The notes beneath the pieces are model-generated. The model was not told the DNA's origin. It saw only the letters and a program-made list of their open reading frames with translations, and made no database searches. Position numbers and translations under genes: made by a program. DNA of 64,000 nt from Betaproteobacteria bacterium. GTDB lineage: Bacteria; Pseudomonadota; Gammaproteobacteria; Burkholderiales; Ga0077523. Shown here in pieces: positions 36,933 to 45,316 of this stretch. Position 1 is the stretch's first letter. Every line of letters begins with the position of its first letter. The DNA lies in NCBI GenBank assembly GCA_025350245.1, contig JANXYG010000050.1, forward strand, positions 321 through 64,320. Reading direction: 5' to 3'.

Positions 36933-39039
36933 CCGACACCCGGCCGCCGATCGATTCGACCGGATGGAAGTGCACGTCGTTAACGCCGGTGCGGGTGCCG
37001 GCGGGCCCCTGGCAGGCAGCCGTGGCGTTTGCACCGACCGTGTCGCTGCGGATGCACGACGCGTAGAAATAGTCGACGTCACTCGCCTTGCGATTGAACA
37101 GGTTGAAAATGTCGAGCCGCACCTGCCACGTCTTGTCGACGCGGTAGCCCATGCGCAGGTTGGTGAGGTTGGTGGAACGCGAACGCACCGAGTCGTTCTC
37201 GATCAGGGGGCGCGGTCCGAAGTAGCGTTGCTGGACCGCGATGAACCATTTTTCGCCCGGATTCCAGGTGATGCCGAGCGACGCCACACGCTGGATCGAG
37301 CCCGGAATGTTATCGCCAGCGGGATCGCTCTGGGTGAAGCGCGCGCGCGACCACGCCAATTGCAGATCGACGAGCAGGCCCGCCGGCAGCACATAGTGGT
37401 TGGTCCATTCAATGCCGCTGCGCCTGCTCGCACGGCTGGGCTCCGTGGTGCCGGCATCACCGGTGAAGAGCAGTTCCGAGTCGAGCTTCAGTTCCCAAAA
37501 AGCGAGCGAACTCTGAAGGTTGGGAATGATCTCGGTGCGCACGCCGATCTCGGCGCCCTCGGACTTCACCAGCGGCGTCACCGGATCGGCCGGTAGCCCG
37601 GTCTTCGGATCGACCCGGATCGTGGTGCCGCGGGCGTCGTTGCTGTGGAAACCACGGCCGAAGTTGACGAAGTACTCGGTCTTCGTCCAGGGGCCGAAGA
37701 CCAGGTTCAGCTTGGGCGAGAACACGTGGTCGCCCACCTTGCCGGCGTTCACCGCAAGACTCGAATTGACGTCGAACCGGTAGTAGTCGGCGCGGATGCC
37801 CGCGACGCTGCGGAACCAGCTCATCCATTGAGTGGCATTCTCGGCGTACACCCCAAGGCTACCCTCGCGAACCTTGTCGTCGCGGGTGGTCGAAAGTCGG
37901 TTCTGCGCCTGCGTGCTGAACAATGCCACCTGATCGATATCGTCGAAGCGGCCTTGCAGGCCGATGCGGTTCAGCATATCGAACGAGCCGACCTTGCCGA
38001 CGAAGGTCACGCGCGGATGAATGCCATAAACGGTGCGCCGGTCAGCCTGCTCGAACTGGTCACCCTGCACCGGGTTATCGAGAAAATAGGTGAAGTTGGA
38101 AAACAGGTTGAGGCTGTAGCGGATGGCATAGGCGTCGATCTCGTAGCGACCGCCGTTGAAGTCGGCATAGCGCGAGCCGGACAGCGAATAGCGCGACGAG
38201 CGTCCGCCGTCGGTGGGGTCGAGGGTGCCGAGGCGCGAGATATCGCCGCGATCGACGGCCCGTTGCGCGATCTGGTCGGTGGAGTCCCACTTGCCGTCGT
38301 AGCCCATGAGCGTGACGTTGAATCCGTTGGACTTGGATCCCTGCGACAGTTTCAGCACCCCGTTGAGCTTCTGGTACCCGGACGGATGGTCCCAAGGGCC
38401 ATCGTTGCCGACGGCCTCGAAGGCATACAGCAAATGGCCATCGCCCGCGTCCGGACTGCCGGCGAGCAGCGCACGCCTGTAGTTGAAGTTGCCCAGGGTC
38501 AGGGTGGCGTTGTTGGTGGGCAGCGAATCCGCGTAGCGCAACCCCACTGAGCCCGCCGAGGCAAAGTCACCGTTCTCGGCAAAGTAGGGCCCCTTACGGT
38601 AGTTGATGCCCGAAACCAGTTCGGGTATCAGGAACGACAGGTCGGCATAGCCTTGGCCATGCGCATGGGTCGGCATGTTGACCGGCATGCCGGCGAGGTT
38701 GATGGCGAAATCGGTACCGTGATCGAGGTTGAAACCGCGCAGGAAATACTGGTTGGCCTTGCCGTCGCCGCTATGCTGCGTGATGATCACGCCAGGCACG
38801 AATTCGAGCACTTCACCGGGCCGCAACACCGGCCGGGTCTCGATGCGTTTGGCAGTCACGCTGCCCTCGCTGGCTGCGTCGGAGCTGCCGACAGCGGTGT
38901 CGTAATGGCCGAGCACGTCGACAGCGGGAGCATCGAGTTCGTGGCCGACGGCCATGCCCGACATCAGCCAGCCGGCGCCTGCCCCTGCGAGCAGACCGGC
39001 TACCCGTCGATATCTCCCCATTGCGCTTCCCCTGGTCAT
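36916..39039 (-). CDS. TonB-dependent outer-membrane receptor
   Basis: 707-aa ORF with a signal peptide, plug-domain motifs (EVLEFVPGVIITQHSGDGKANQYFLRGF) and a C-terminal beta-barrel ending in an aromatic residue (...VTASF). Divergent from nikR. Confidence 0.9.
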   Translation of the reverse strand: MTRGSAMGRYRRVAGLLAGAGAGWLMSGMAVGHELDAPAVDVLGHYDTAVGSSDAASEGSVTAKRIETRPVLRPGEVLEFVPGVIITQHSGDGKANQYFLRGFNLDHGTDFAINLAGMPVNMPTHAHGQGYADLSFLIPELVSGINYRKGPYFAENGDFASAGSVGLRYADSLPTNNATLTLGNFNYRRALLAGSPDAGDGHLLYAFEAVGNDGPWDHPSGYQKLNGVLKLSQGSKSNGFNVTLMGYDGKWDSTDQIAQRAVDRGDISRLGTLDPTDGGRSSRYSLSGSRYADFNGGRYEIDAYAIRYSLNLFSNFTYFLDNPVQGDQFEQADRRTVYGIHPRVTFVGKVGSFDMLNRIGLQGRFDDIDQVALFSTQAQNRLSTTRDDKVREGSLGVYAENATQWMSWFRSVAGIRADYYRFDVNSSLAVNAGKVGDHVFSPKLNLVFGPWTKTEYFVNFGRGFHSNDARGTTIRVDPKTGLPADPVTPLVKSEGAEIGVRTEIIPNLQSSLAFWELKLDSELLFTGDAGTTEPSRASRRSGIEWTNHYVLPAGLLVDLQLAWSRARFTQSDPAGDNIPGSIQRVASLGITWNPGEKWFIAVQQRYFGPRPLIENDSVRSRSTNLTNLRMGYRVDKTWQVRLDIFNLFNRKASDVDYFYASCIRSDTVGANATAACQGPAGTRTGVNDVHFHPVESIGGRVSVTASF

Positions 39040-39094
39040 GGTGGTCGGGCGAGTACGCTGTCACCAGCAGCGCTGGTCGCACCGATCGCCGAAT

Positions 39095-39110
39095 TAAGAA
39101 CTGTTTCTTA
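39095..39110. promoter_or_regulatory. Palindrome TAAGAA-CTGT-TTCTTA in the receptor/nikR divergent region
   Basis: Read directly in an AT-rich stretch. An overlapping second inverted repeat is CTTA-TTTG-TAAG. Candidate operator; the binding protein is unknown. Confidence 0.35.
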
Positions 39111-39224
39111 TTTGTAAGATAACCGCAGGCGTGCATGGTCGTCAACGCCTTCGATGAGCGATTGCGGCGACTTGCCCGGCATCGGCTACCATCCGTGCTG
39201 CTGAAATTCCCGACGGGGCCGACC

Positions 39225-39677
39225 ATGCAGAGAATCACCATCTCACTCAGCGATTCGCTGGCGCAGGACTTCGACGACTGGATGCAGCGCCGCCAGTACG
39301 GCAACCGCTCGGAGGCGGTGCGTGACATGGTGCGTGCCACCCTCGAAGCCGACCGGCTGTCGGAACCCGATAACCAGTGGTGCGTGGCGTCACTCTCATA
39401 CGTGTACAACCACCACGCGCGCGATCTGGCCGAGCGTCTCACGGCGCTCCAGCACGACCACCATGACCTCGTGCTGTCATCCATGCATGTCCATCTGGAT
39501 CACGACAACTGCCTCGAAACCGTGATGCTGCGTGGCCCGGTCAAGAACGTGCGCGGGTTTGCCGATGTGCTCATCGCCGAGTCGGGAGTGCGGCATGGGC
39601 GCATCAACGTGGTCCCGGTCGCGGTCGAGACCACGCACTACCGGCAGTTGCATGTCCACGCACATCCCCATACCTGA
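39225..39677 (+). CDS. nikR: Nickel-responsive transcriptional regulator NikR
   Basis: Start at ATG 39225. The ribbon-helix-helix N-terminus MQRITISLSDSLAQDFDDWMQRRQYGNRSEAVRDMVR is followed by a C-terminal metal-binding domain with conserved His/Cys (HVHLDHDNCLE). Confidence 0.88.
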   Translation: MQRITISLSDSLAQDFDDWMQRRQYGNRSEAVRDMVRATLEADRLSEPDNQWCVASLSYVYNHHARDLAERLTALQHDHHDLVLSSMHVHLDHDNCLETVMLRGPVKNVRGFADVLIAESGVRHGRINVVPVAVETTHYRQLHVHAHPHT

Positions 39678-39695
39678 ACCAAGAGCCCCGAACCG

Positions 39696-40826
39696 ATGCC
39701 CTCGAATCCCCTGCTGTTCACTCCGCTCGAACTGCGCTCGGTCCGACTGCGCAATCGCATCGTCATTTCGCCGATGTGCCAGTACTCGGCCGTCGATGGT
39801 CTCGCCAATGACTGGCATTTCGCCCACCTCGCCCGCTTCGCGATGGGCGGCGCGGGCCTGGTCTTCACCGAGGCGGCAGCCGTGCAAAGCGACGGCCGCA
39901 TCACCCATGGCGACCTGGGCATCTGGTCCGACGCGCACGCCCAAGCGCTCGAACGCGTGACGGCATTCATCAAATCACAGGGGGCGGTGCCGGCAATCCA
40001 GTTGGCACATGCCGGACGCAAGGCGTCCATGCAACGGCCCTGGCATGGCAACGGCCCGCTCGATGCGTCCGACCGGGCACGCGGCGAGCACGTCTGGGCC
40101 GTGATGGCGCCGAGCGCGATCCCGATGGATACCGGCTGGCTGGTCCCGTCGGCAATGACTCTGGGCGACATCGAGAGCCTGAAACAGAGTTTTCGTGACG
40201 GCTTGGCACGCTCGCTCGCGGTCGGTTTCGAGGTCGCGGAAATCCATGGTGCGCACGGCTATCTGCTGCACGAATTCCTGTCTCCGCTTTCCAACAAGCG
40301 TAGCGACCGCTATGGCGGCGACATCGAGGGTCGCATGCGTCTCGCACTCGAGATCGCTACCGACGCGCGTGCCGCATGGCCGCAGGACAAGCCGCTCTTC
40401 TTCAGGGTGTCAGCGGTCGACGGTATCGAGGGCGGCTTGACGATCGACGACACGATAGTGCTGGCCAGGCGGCTCGAGGCGATCGGCATCGACGTGATCG
40501 ACTGCTCGTCGGGCGGACTGATGGGCTCTGCGACCGCGGCGCGGGTCAAGCGATTCGCCGGCTTCCAGGTGCCATACGCGGCGGCGATACGGCGCGATGC
40601 CGACATACCGACCATGGCGGTCGGGCTTATCACCGAGCCGCAATATGCCGAAGAAGTGCTGCGCAACGGCGAAGCCGATCTGATCGCGATCGGCCGCGAG
40701 GCGCTGAGCAATCCGAACTGGGCGCTGCACGCCGAAGAAGCATTGGGCGTGGACAACGAGTATGCCTCGTGGCCGGTGCAGGCCGGGTGGTGGCTCGACA
40801 AGCGCAAGAAGGCGATGGGGAAGTGA
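39696..40826 (+). CDS. NADH:flavin oxidoreductase (Old Yellow Enzyme family)
   Basis: 376-aa ORF with SPMCQYS, QLAHAGRKAS and EIHGAHGYLLHEFLSPLSNKR motifs. Confidence 0.9.
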   Translation: MPSNPLLFTPLELRSVRLRNRIVISPMCQYSAVDGLANDWHFAHLARFAMGGAGLVFTEAAAVQSDGRITHGDLGIWSDAHAQALERVTAFIKSQGAVPAIQLAHAGRKASMQRPWHGNGPLDASDRARGEHVWAVMAPSAIPMDTGWLVPSAMTLGDIESLKQSFRDGLARSLAVGFEVAEIHGAHGYLLHEFLSPLSNKRSDRYGGDIEGRMRLALEIATDARAAWPQDKPLFFRVSAVDGIEGGLTIDDTIVLARRLEAIGIDVIDCSSGGLMGSATAARVKRFAGFQVPYAAAIRRDADIPTMAVGLITEPQYAEEVLRNGEADLIAIGREALSNPNWALHAEEALGVDNEYASWPVQAGWWLDKRKKAMGK

Positions 40827-40832
40827 CGCCCG

Positions 40833-40899
40833 CCCCCAGGCTTCGCTACGCTGCGTCCCCTCTCGAGGGAAGGCGAAACGTAGCGAAGCCTGGGGGTGG
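40833..40899 (+). repeat. REP-like dispersed repeat, full hairpin copy
   Basis: The 18-bp perfect inverted repeat CCCCCAGGCTTCGCTACG ... CGTAGCGAAGCCTGGGGG flanks an inner GC-rich segment. Lies between convergent genes. Confidence 0.8.
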
Positions 40900-41466
40900 T
40901 CAATTGCCGAGGGCGGCTTTTCTCAGTCGCGCCTCGCGTTCGGCAATCTTGTCGCGGATTTTCGGCACTGCGGCAAGCGCTGCTCATTCGCCTTCGAGAA
41001 TGGCGAGGTTGCGGCTCTCGAAGCTGGTGGAGCCGATCTTGCGAATGTCCGGGCTGATGACGACATCGGCCGAGGCCAATTCGTGTGCGGCGAGTGAGCG
41101 ACCCATGATATTGAAGGTCTGGAGCAGCACGCTCACGCTGTCGCTCACCGCGGCCCACTGCGGGTCGCGCGAGATGTCGACCGCGATCACGATATCGGGC
41201 CGGATACCCTGGGTCTCGAGTATCTTGATCACGCCCACGTGCGCAAAGCCGCTCGCCGCACCACCACCGAGTGCGATCGCGATCCGGGGCGGCGGAATCA
41301 CCGGCTCGGACCGCGGTGGCACGGACAGCGGAGGCAGGACCGCCACCGTCACGAGTGGGTCGACCGCGGCGATGCCCGGATCGGGACGCGGTTGGGGTGG
41401 GGAACACCCGTTGATGCAGATCGCCACGATGGCGACGAGCATCGCGCAGAGCAGGTGCGGATTCAT
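40900..41466 (-). pseudogene. Degraded patatin-like phospholipase lipoprotein
   Basis: Lipoprotein signal MNPHLLCAMLVAIVAICINGC and the patatin GGGAASGFAHVGVIKILE motif are present. The sequence then jumps (GIRPDIVIAVDISRD), so the GxSxG nucleophile region is missing. An in-frame TGA at 40984..40986 is followed by 27 more patatin-like codons (AALAAVPKIRDKIAEREARL...) up to the stop at 40900. Confidence 0.65.
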
Positions 41467-41540
41467 GGATTGGCGCGGCAACCCGGTAGTTTCTCGAAAA
41501 CCTCGATCATGCAGCAAGGAAGGTTGTGCCGCTGAAATGC

Positions 41541-41565
41541 CGCGGGCCGCTCTTGGCGGCCCGCG
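41541..41565 (-). terminator. Hairpin downstream of bfr
   Basis: CGCGGGCCGC-TCTTG-GCGGCCCGCG forms a 10-bp perfect stem. The U-tract is weak. Confidence 0.45.
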
Positions 41566-41592
41566 TGATGGCTGCTACCCCGAGACCGGAGA

Positions 41593-42075
41593 TCAGGAGG
41601 GAGACGTGTCACCCATCATGCTCTGCATGTAGTTCTGGATGCCGATCTTGGTGATCAGATCGAGCTGGGTCTCGAGGTAGTCGATGTGCTCTTCTTCGCT
41701 GTCGAGAATGTAGGTGAACAGTTCGCGCGAGATGAAATCGCCAGCCGACTCGCAGTGAACAATGGCCGCCTTGAGGTCGGGATGGGCTTTCATCTCGAGT
41801 TGCAGGTCGCACTTCAGGCATTCCTCGACATTTTCGCCGATCAGGAGTTTGCCGAGTTCCTGCAGATTGGGAATGCCTTCCAGGAACAGGATGCGCTCGA
41901 TCAGCTTGTCGGCGTGCTTCATCTCGTCGATCGACTCGCGGTACTCGTAGTCGCCGAGCTTCTTCAACCCCCAGTTCTTGAACATCCGGGAGTGAAGAAA
42001 ATACTGGTTGATCGCCGTGAGTTCGTTCAACAGCACCTTGTTCAGATGCTGGATGACCTTCTTGTCGCCTTTCAT
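41593..42075 (-). CDS. bfr: Bacterioferritin
   Basis: 160-aa ORF starting [36 protein letters not shown], with ferroxidase-centre residues. Canonical Bfr. Confidence 0.95.
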   Translation of the reverse strand: MKGDKKVIQHLNKVLLNELTAINQYFLHSRMFKNWGLKKLGDYEYRESIDEMKHADKLIERILFLEGIPNLQELGKLLIGENVEECLKCDLQLEMKAHPDLKAAIVHCESAGDFISRELFTYILDSEEEHIDYLETQLDLITKIGIQNYMQSMMGDTSPS

Positions 42076-42290
42076 TGCGTGCTCCTTTGCGATACATCAA
42101 CATTGCTCGCACGCATTCTATCGGGCGCGGCCCGTCAGAAGCTTCGGAAGTTTCTATGGGCCGTAAGGAGGATGAGAAGCGAAACGGGAATGGGATTCAG
42201 CGCGTGCCGGGCTGCTCTCGCCAACGCCATCACGTCGGAGGCAGAGCAACGAAACCCGGCGGTACGACGGTACGACAGTACGACAGTACT

Positions 42291-42488
42291 TCAGGCGGCC
42301 GAGAACTGATCCTCGAACCGTTGCCGGGCCTGGGACTCGTCGAGCAACTCCTTGGCGTGAGGCGCACAACGGCCGCAATTCGCCGCAACGCCAAGGCATT
42401 GTCTAAGCTGGCGCATGGACTTCACGCCATCGCACACTGCTTCGCGAATCTGGCGATCGGTGACACCGTTACACAGACAGACATACAT
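42291..42488 (-). CDS. bfd: Bacterioferritin-associated ferredoxin
   Basis: Start at ATG 42488. MYVCLCNGVTDRQIREAV...CGRC is the 2Fe-2S Bfd motif. Confidence 0.9.
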   Translation of the reverse strand: MYVCLCNGVTDRQIREAVCDGVKSMRQLRQCLGVAANCGRCAPHAKELLDESQARQRFEDQFSAA

Positions 42489-42538
42489 GCTGAGATCTCC
42501 GGAGCGGTCGACCACCGCCATGACTAAAACTGTATAAG

Positions 42539-42555
42539 AAATGAGAATGATTGTC
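42539..42555. promoter_or_regulatory. Candidate Fur box upstream of bfd
   Basis: AAATGAGAATGATTGTC matches 13 of 17 positions of the corresponding part of the GATAATGATAATCATTATC consensus, counted by hand. Lies 51 nt upstream of the bfd start. Confidence 0.55.
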
Positions 42556-42647
42556 AATCGTGCAGGGCGACATGAATCGGCAACGCCGAACTCATCCGGG
42601 AACGTCCGATTTCGACCGGTCACCTTGCACGTCCTGTCTTCTGCGGC

Positions 42648-42986
42648 TCATTTTCCGCCCGCAGCTGCCGGGCAGTCGGCGCATTGCGGGCCCGCGGCGC
42701 CCACAAGACACCTCGACAACTCGGTTTCGAGAGCGCTGGCGGATCGTCGGCAGGCGACTACGCGTACCCCGTCGGCCTGCGCCTGCGTCCGAAAACTCTT
42801 CATCACGTTGTGACCGATGAAATCGGTGAACAGGATCAGCAGATCGAGATTGCGCGGCAGCGCCGGGAGGCGCTTCTGGTGTGTGGCATTGCGGCCGCTG
42901 ACATGGCCCGCGATCGTGATACCCAGCGCGGCGAGTCGTTCGGGAATGTTTCCCAACCGGTCGGCACCGACGAGCATCGCATTCAT
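42648..42986 (-). CDS. DUF2325 domain protein
   Basis: 112-aa ORF. The pattern LVGADRLGNIP...LLILFTDFIGHNVM...RRSASALE resembles DUF2325. Assignment by memory. Confidence 0.65.
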   Translation of the reverse strand: MNAMLVGADRLGNIPERLAALGITIAGHVSGRNATHQKRLPALPRNLDLLILFTDFIGHNVMKSFRTQAQADGVRVVACRRSASALETELSRCLVGAAGPQCADCPAAAGGK

Positions 42987-43228
42987 GTGACGTCCTTTGC
43001 ACAGGCCTGCCCGGTGTCAGCGGAGACGATCTCCAACGGATCCACGAACAGATAACAAATAATAACGATTCGCGTTTACAATAACAAGCTTCTTGCCGAC
43101 GGCTGGCGGTTTGCCCGCGCGTGAGCCCGAGCGGTTTCCCAGTCGAGAACTTCTCGCGTTGCCGATTGGTCGATGTACCGCTGACGAGTACCATTCCCGC
43201 ATCGTTCCATGTCGCTGAAAGCCGCTCG

Positions 43229-45136
43229 ATGACCTTGTCCATCCTCCACCGCGCCGTTGCCCTGCTCATGCTCTGCTTCGCTGAAATGACTCCCGTTCAC
43301 GCGGCGGACGGCGGCCAGGCGATCCTTCACCTGCTTGACTATGTCGCAGCCGAGTATCCGCAGTGGGTGAAGAATGGAGCCGTGCTGAACGAAAGCGAGT
43401 ATGCGGAGCAGGTCGAGTTCTCGGAAAACGCCAGGACCCTGATCGCAAAGCTCGATGCGAACCCCGAGCGCGACCGGCTGGTACAGCAGGCACAGGCACT
43501 TGCCGCAGCCGTGCGGGACAAGCAGGACGGCGCGCCGGTCACTTCCCTGGCCAATAGCCTCAAGACCGCGCTGATCGGCGCGTACAAACTCGAGGTCTCA
43601 CCACGCAAGATTCCGGACCCGGCGATTGCCCCCGCTTTGTATGCGTCCCGCTGCGCCTCGTGCCACGGGGCCGACGGGCGCGGCGATGGTCCTGCCGCCG
43701 CCGCGCTCGATCCGAAACCGTCCAATTTCCGCGATGCCGCCCGCCAAGGGCGCCGCAGCGTGTACAGCCTCTACAGCACCATCACGCTCGGTGTGGACGG
43801 CACTGCGATGGCGGCGCACGCCGATCTGTCCGATGAGCAGCGCTGGGCCCTGGCCTTCAAGGTGAGTAACCTGTTGTTCGAACCGACGCTTGCCGAGGCA
43901 GGATCGAAATATTGGACGCAGGGCAAGGGGCGCGATGCATTCCGGAGTCTTGCGGACGCCGTGCTGGCGACGCCCGCCGACACGACAGCAAGGCATGGAG
44001 AAGCCGGCACCGCCGTTCTCGCCTACCTGCGCGCCAATCCGAGCGCAATCCAGGCTGCCGCCACCCCGCTCGACTACGCGATACGCACGCTCGGCGACAG
44101 TCTGATCGCCTACCGCGAGGGCGATGGCAAGGGTGCCTACGAACTCGCCGTCAGCGCGTATCTCGAAGGATTCGAACTGGTCGAAGGCAGCCTCGAGGGA
44201 CTCGAACATGGCCTGAAGGCACGCGTCGAAGAAAAGATGATCGGCTTTCGCAACACCATCAAGACCGGCGGTCCCGCAGCCGTGCTCGAAGCGCAGCACC
44301 GGGATCTGGTCAGCGTTCTTGCCGACGCGAAGTCCCGCCTCGCGAGTGGCGAGGTTTCGCCGCAGGCGCAGTTCGTATCGTCGCTCGTCATCATCCTGCG
44401 TGAAGGCCTCGAGGCGATCCTGGTCCTGGCCGGGATGGCAGCTTTTCTCAAGCGCACCGGCCGGGAAGGCGGCCTTCGCTATCTCCATGGCGGCTGGATC
44501 GCCGCTCTGGTGTTGGGCGTGATCACCTGGTGGGTCGCAACGGCCATCATCGAGGTGAGCGGGGCGCAACGCGAGGTCACCGAAGGAGTGACAGCGCTCA
44601 TTGCCTCGGCCATGCTGCTCTACGTCGGTTTCTGGCTTCATTCCAGGGTCTCGGGGCAACGCTGGAATGCCTTCATCAAGAGCCAGGTGACGGGGGCCAT
44701 CGGCAAGGGCACGCTTTGGGGGCTGACCGCAATCTCGTTCCTGGCGGTGTATCGCGAAGTATTCGAGACAGTGCTGTTCTATCAGGCGCTGATTGCCCAG
44801 GGCGGCGCGCTACCGGTGCTGGCCGGATTCGGGATCGGGTGCTTGCTTCTGGTCGCTCTGGCGGTGCTCATCATCCGCTACAGCGCCAAGTTGCCGCTCG
44901 GCGTGTTCTTTGGCGTGAGCTCCGTGTTGCTCGCGGTCATGGCCGTGATCTTCGCCGGTCAGGGCGTGGCCGCACTGCAGGCGGCCGGACGCCTGCCGGC
45001 CGATCCGATCGATGGTCCGACCTTCCCGCTGCTGGGCATCTATCCCAACGCCCAGGGATTGACGCTGCAACTGGTGCTGGTCGTATTCATCGTGGTCGCA
45101 TATTTCTACACCACCAAGCCGCCCAAGCCCGCATAG
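43229..45136 (+). CDS. Cytochrome c - FTR1/EfeU-type iron permease fusion
   Basis: Start at ATG 43229 with a signal peptide. CASCHG haem c motif, and two REXXE-type permease motifs (LREGLEAILV and YREVFETVLF) in a 7-TM C-terminal half. Confidence 0.85.
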   Translation: MTLSILHRAVALLMLCFAEMTPVHAADGGQAILHLLDYVAAEYPQWVKNGAVLNESEYAEQVEFSENARTLIAKLDANPERDRLVQQAQALAAAVRDKQDGAPVTSLANSLKTALIGAYKLEVSPRKIPDPAIAPALYASRCASCHGADGRGDGPAAAALDPKPSNFRDAARQGRRSVYSLYSTITLGVDGTAMAAHADLSDEQRWALAFKVSNLLFEPTLAEAGSKYWTQGKGRDAFRSLADAVLATPADTTARHGEAGTAVLAYLRANPSAIQAAATPLDYAIRTLGDSLIAYREGDGKGAYELAVSAYLEGFELVEGSLEGLEHGLKARVEEKMIGFRNTIKTGGPAAVLEAQHRDLVSVLADAKSRLASGEVSPQAQFVSSLVIILREGLEAILVLAGMAAFLKRTGREGGLRYLHGGWIAALVLGVITWWVATAIIEVSGAQREVTEGVTALIASAMLLYVGFWLHSRVSGQRWNAFIKSQVTGAIGKGTLWGLTAISFLAVYREVFETVLFYQALIAQGGALPVLAGFGIGCLLLVALAVLIIRYSAKLPLGVFFGVSSVLLAVMAVIFAGQGVAALQAAGRLPADPIDGPTFPLLGIYPNAQGLTLQLVLVVFIVVAYFYTTKPPKPA

Positions 45137-45316
45137 CGCTCTGCCGTCGGGCCGGCACCAGACGGTCGCCGGCCCAGATCGGGAGTTTTTCCCGATCCCA
45201 TGTCGCTTCTTCTCCGTCAGACTCCTTGGTCAAGGCGTGGTGACACACGCCTGCCCCGATCCGATCGGGTTGCCTGCTGGCACCACCGCCGCCAGCCACC
45301 TTCAGGGAGAGAATCG

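Noticed and set aside
40984-40986. In-frame TGA in the patatin-like gene as selenocysteine or programmed read-through
   Set aside because: Patatin family proteins are not selenoproteins, no SECIS-like hairpin follows, and the gene also carries an internal deletion. A pseudogene is the simpler explanation.
43051-43070. GATAACAAATAATAACGATT as a Fur box for the DUF2325 / cytochrome c-FTR1 divergent promoters
   Set aside because: Only about 8 of 19 positions match the Fur consensus in the best hand alignment. It is AT-rich and suggestive but too weak to call as a feature.
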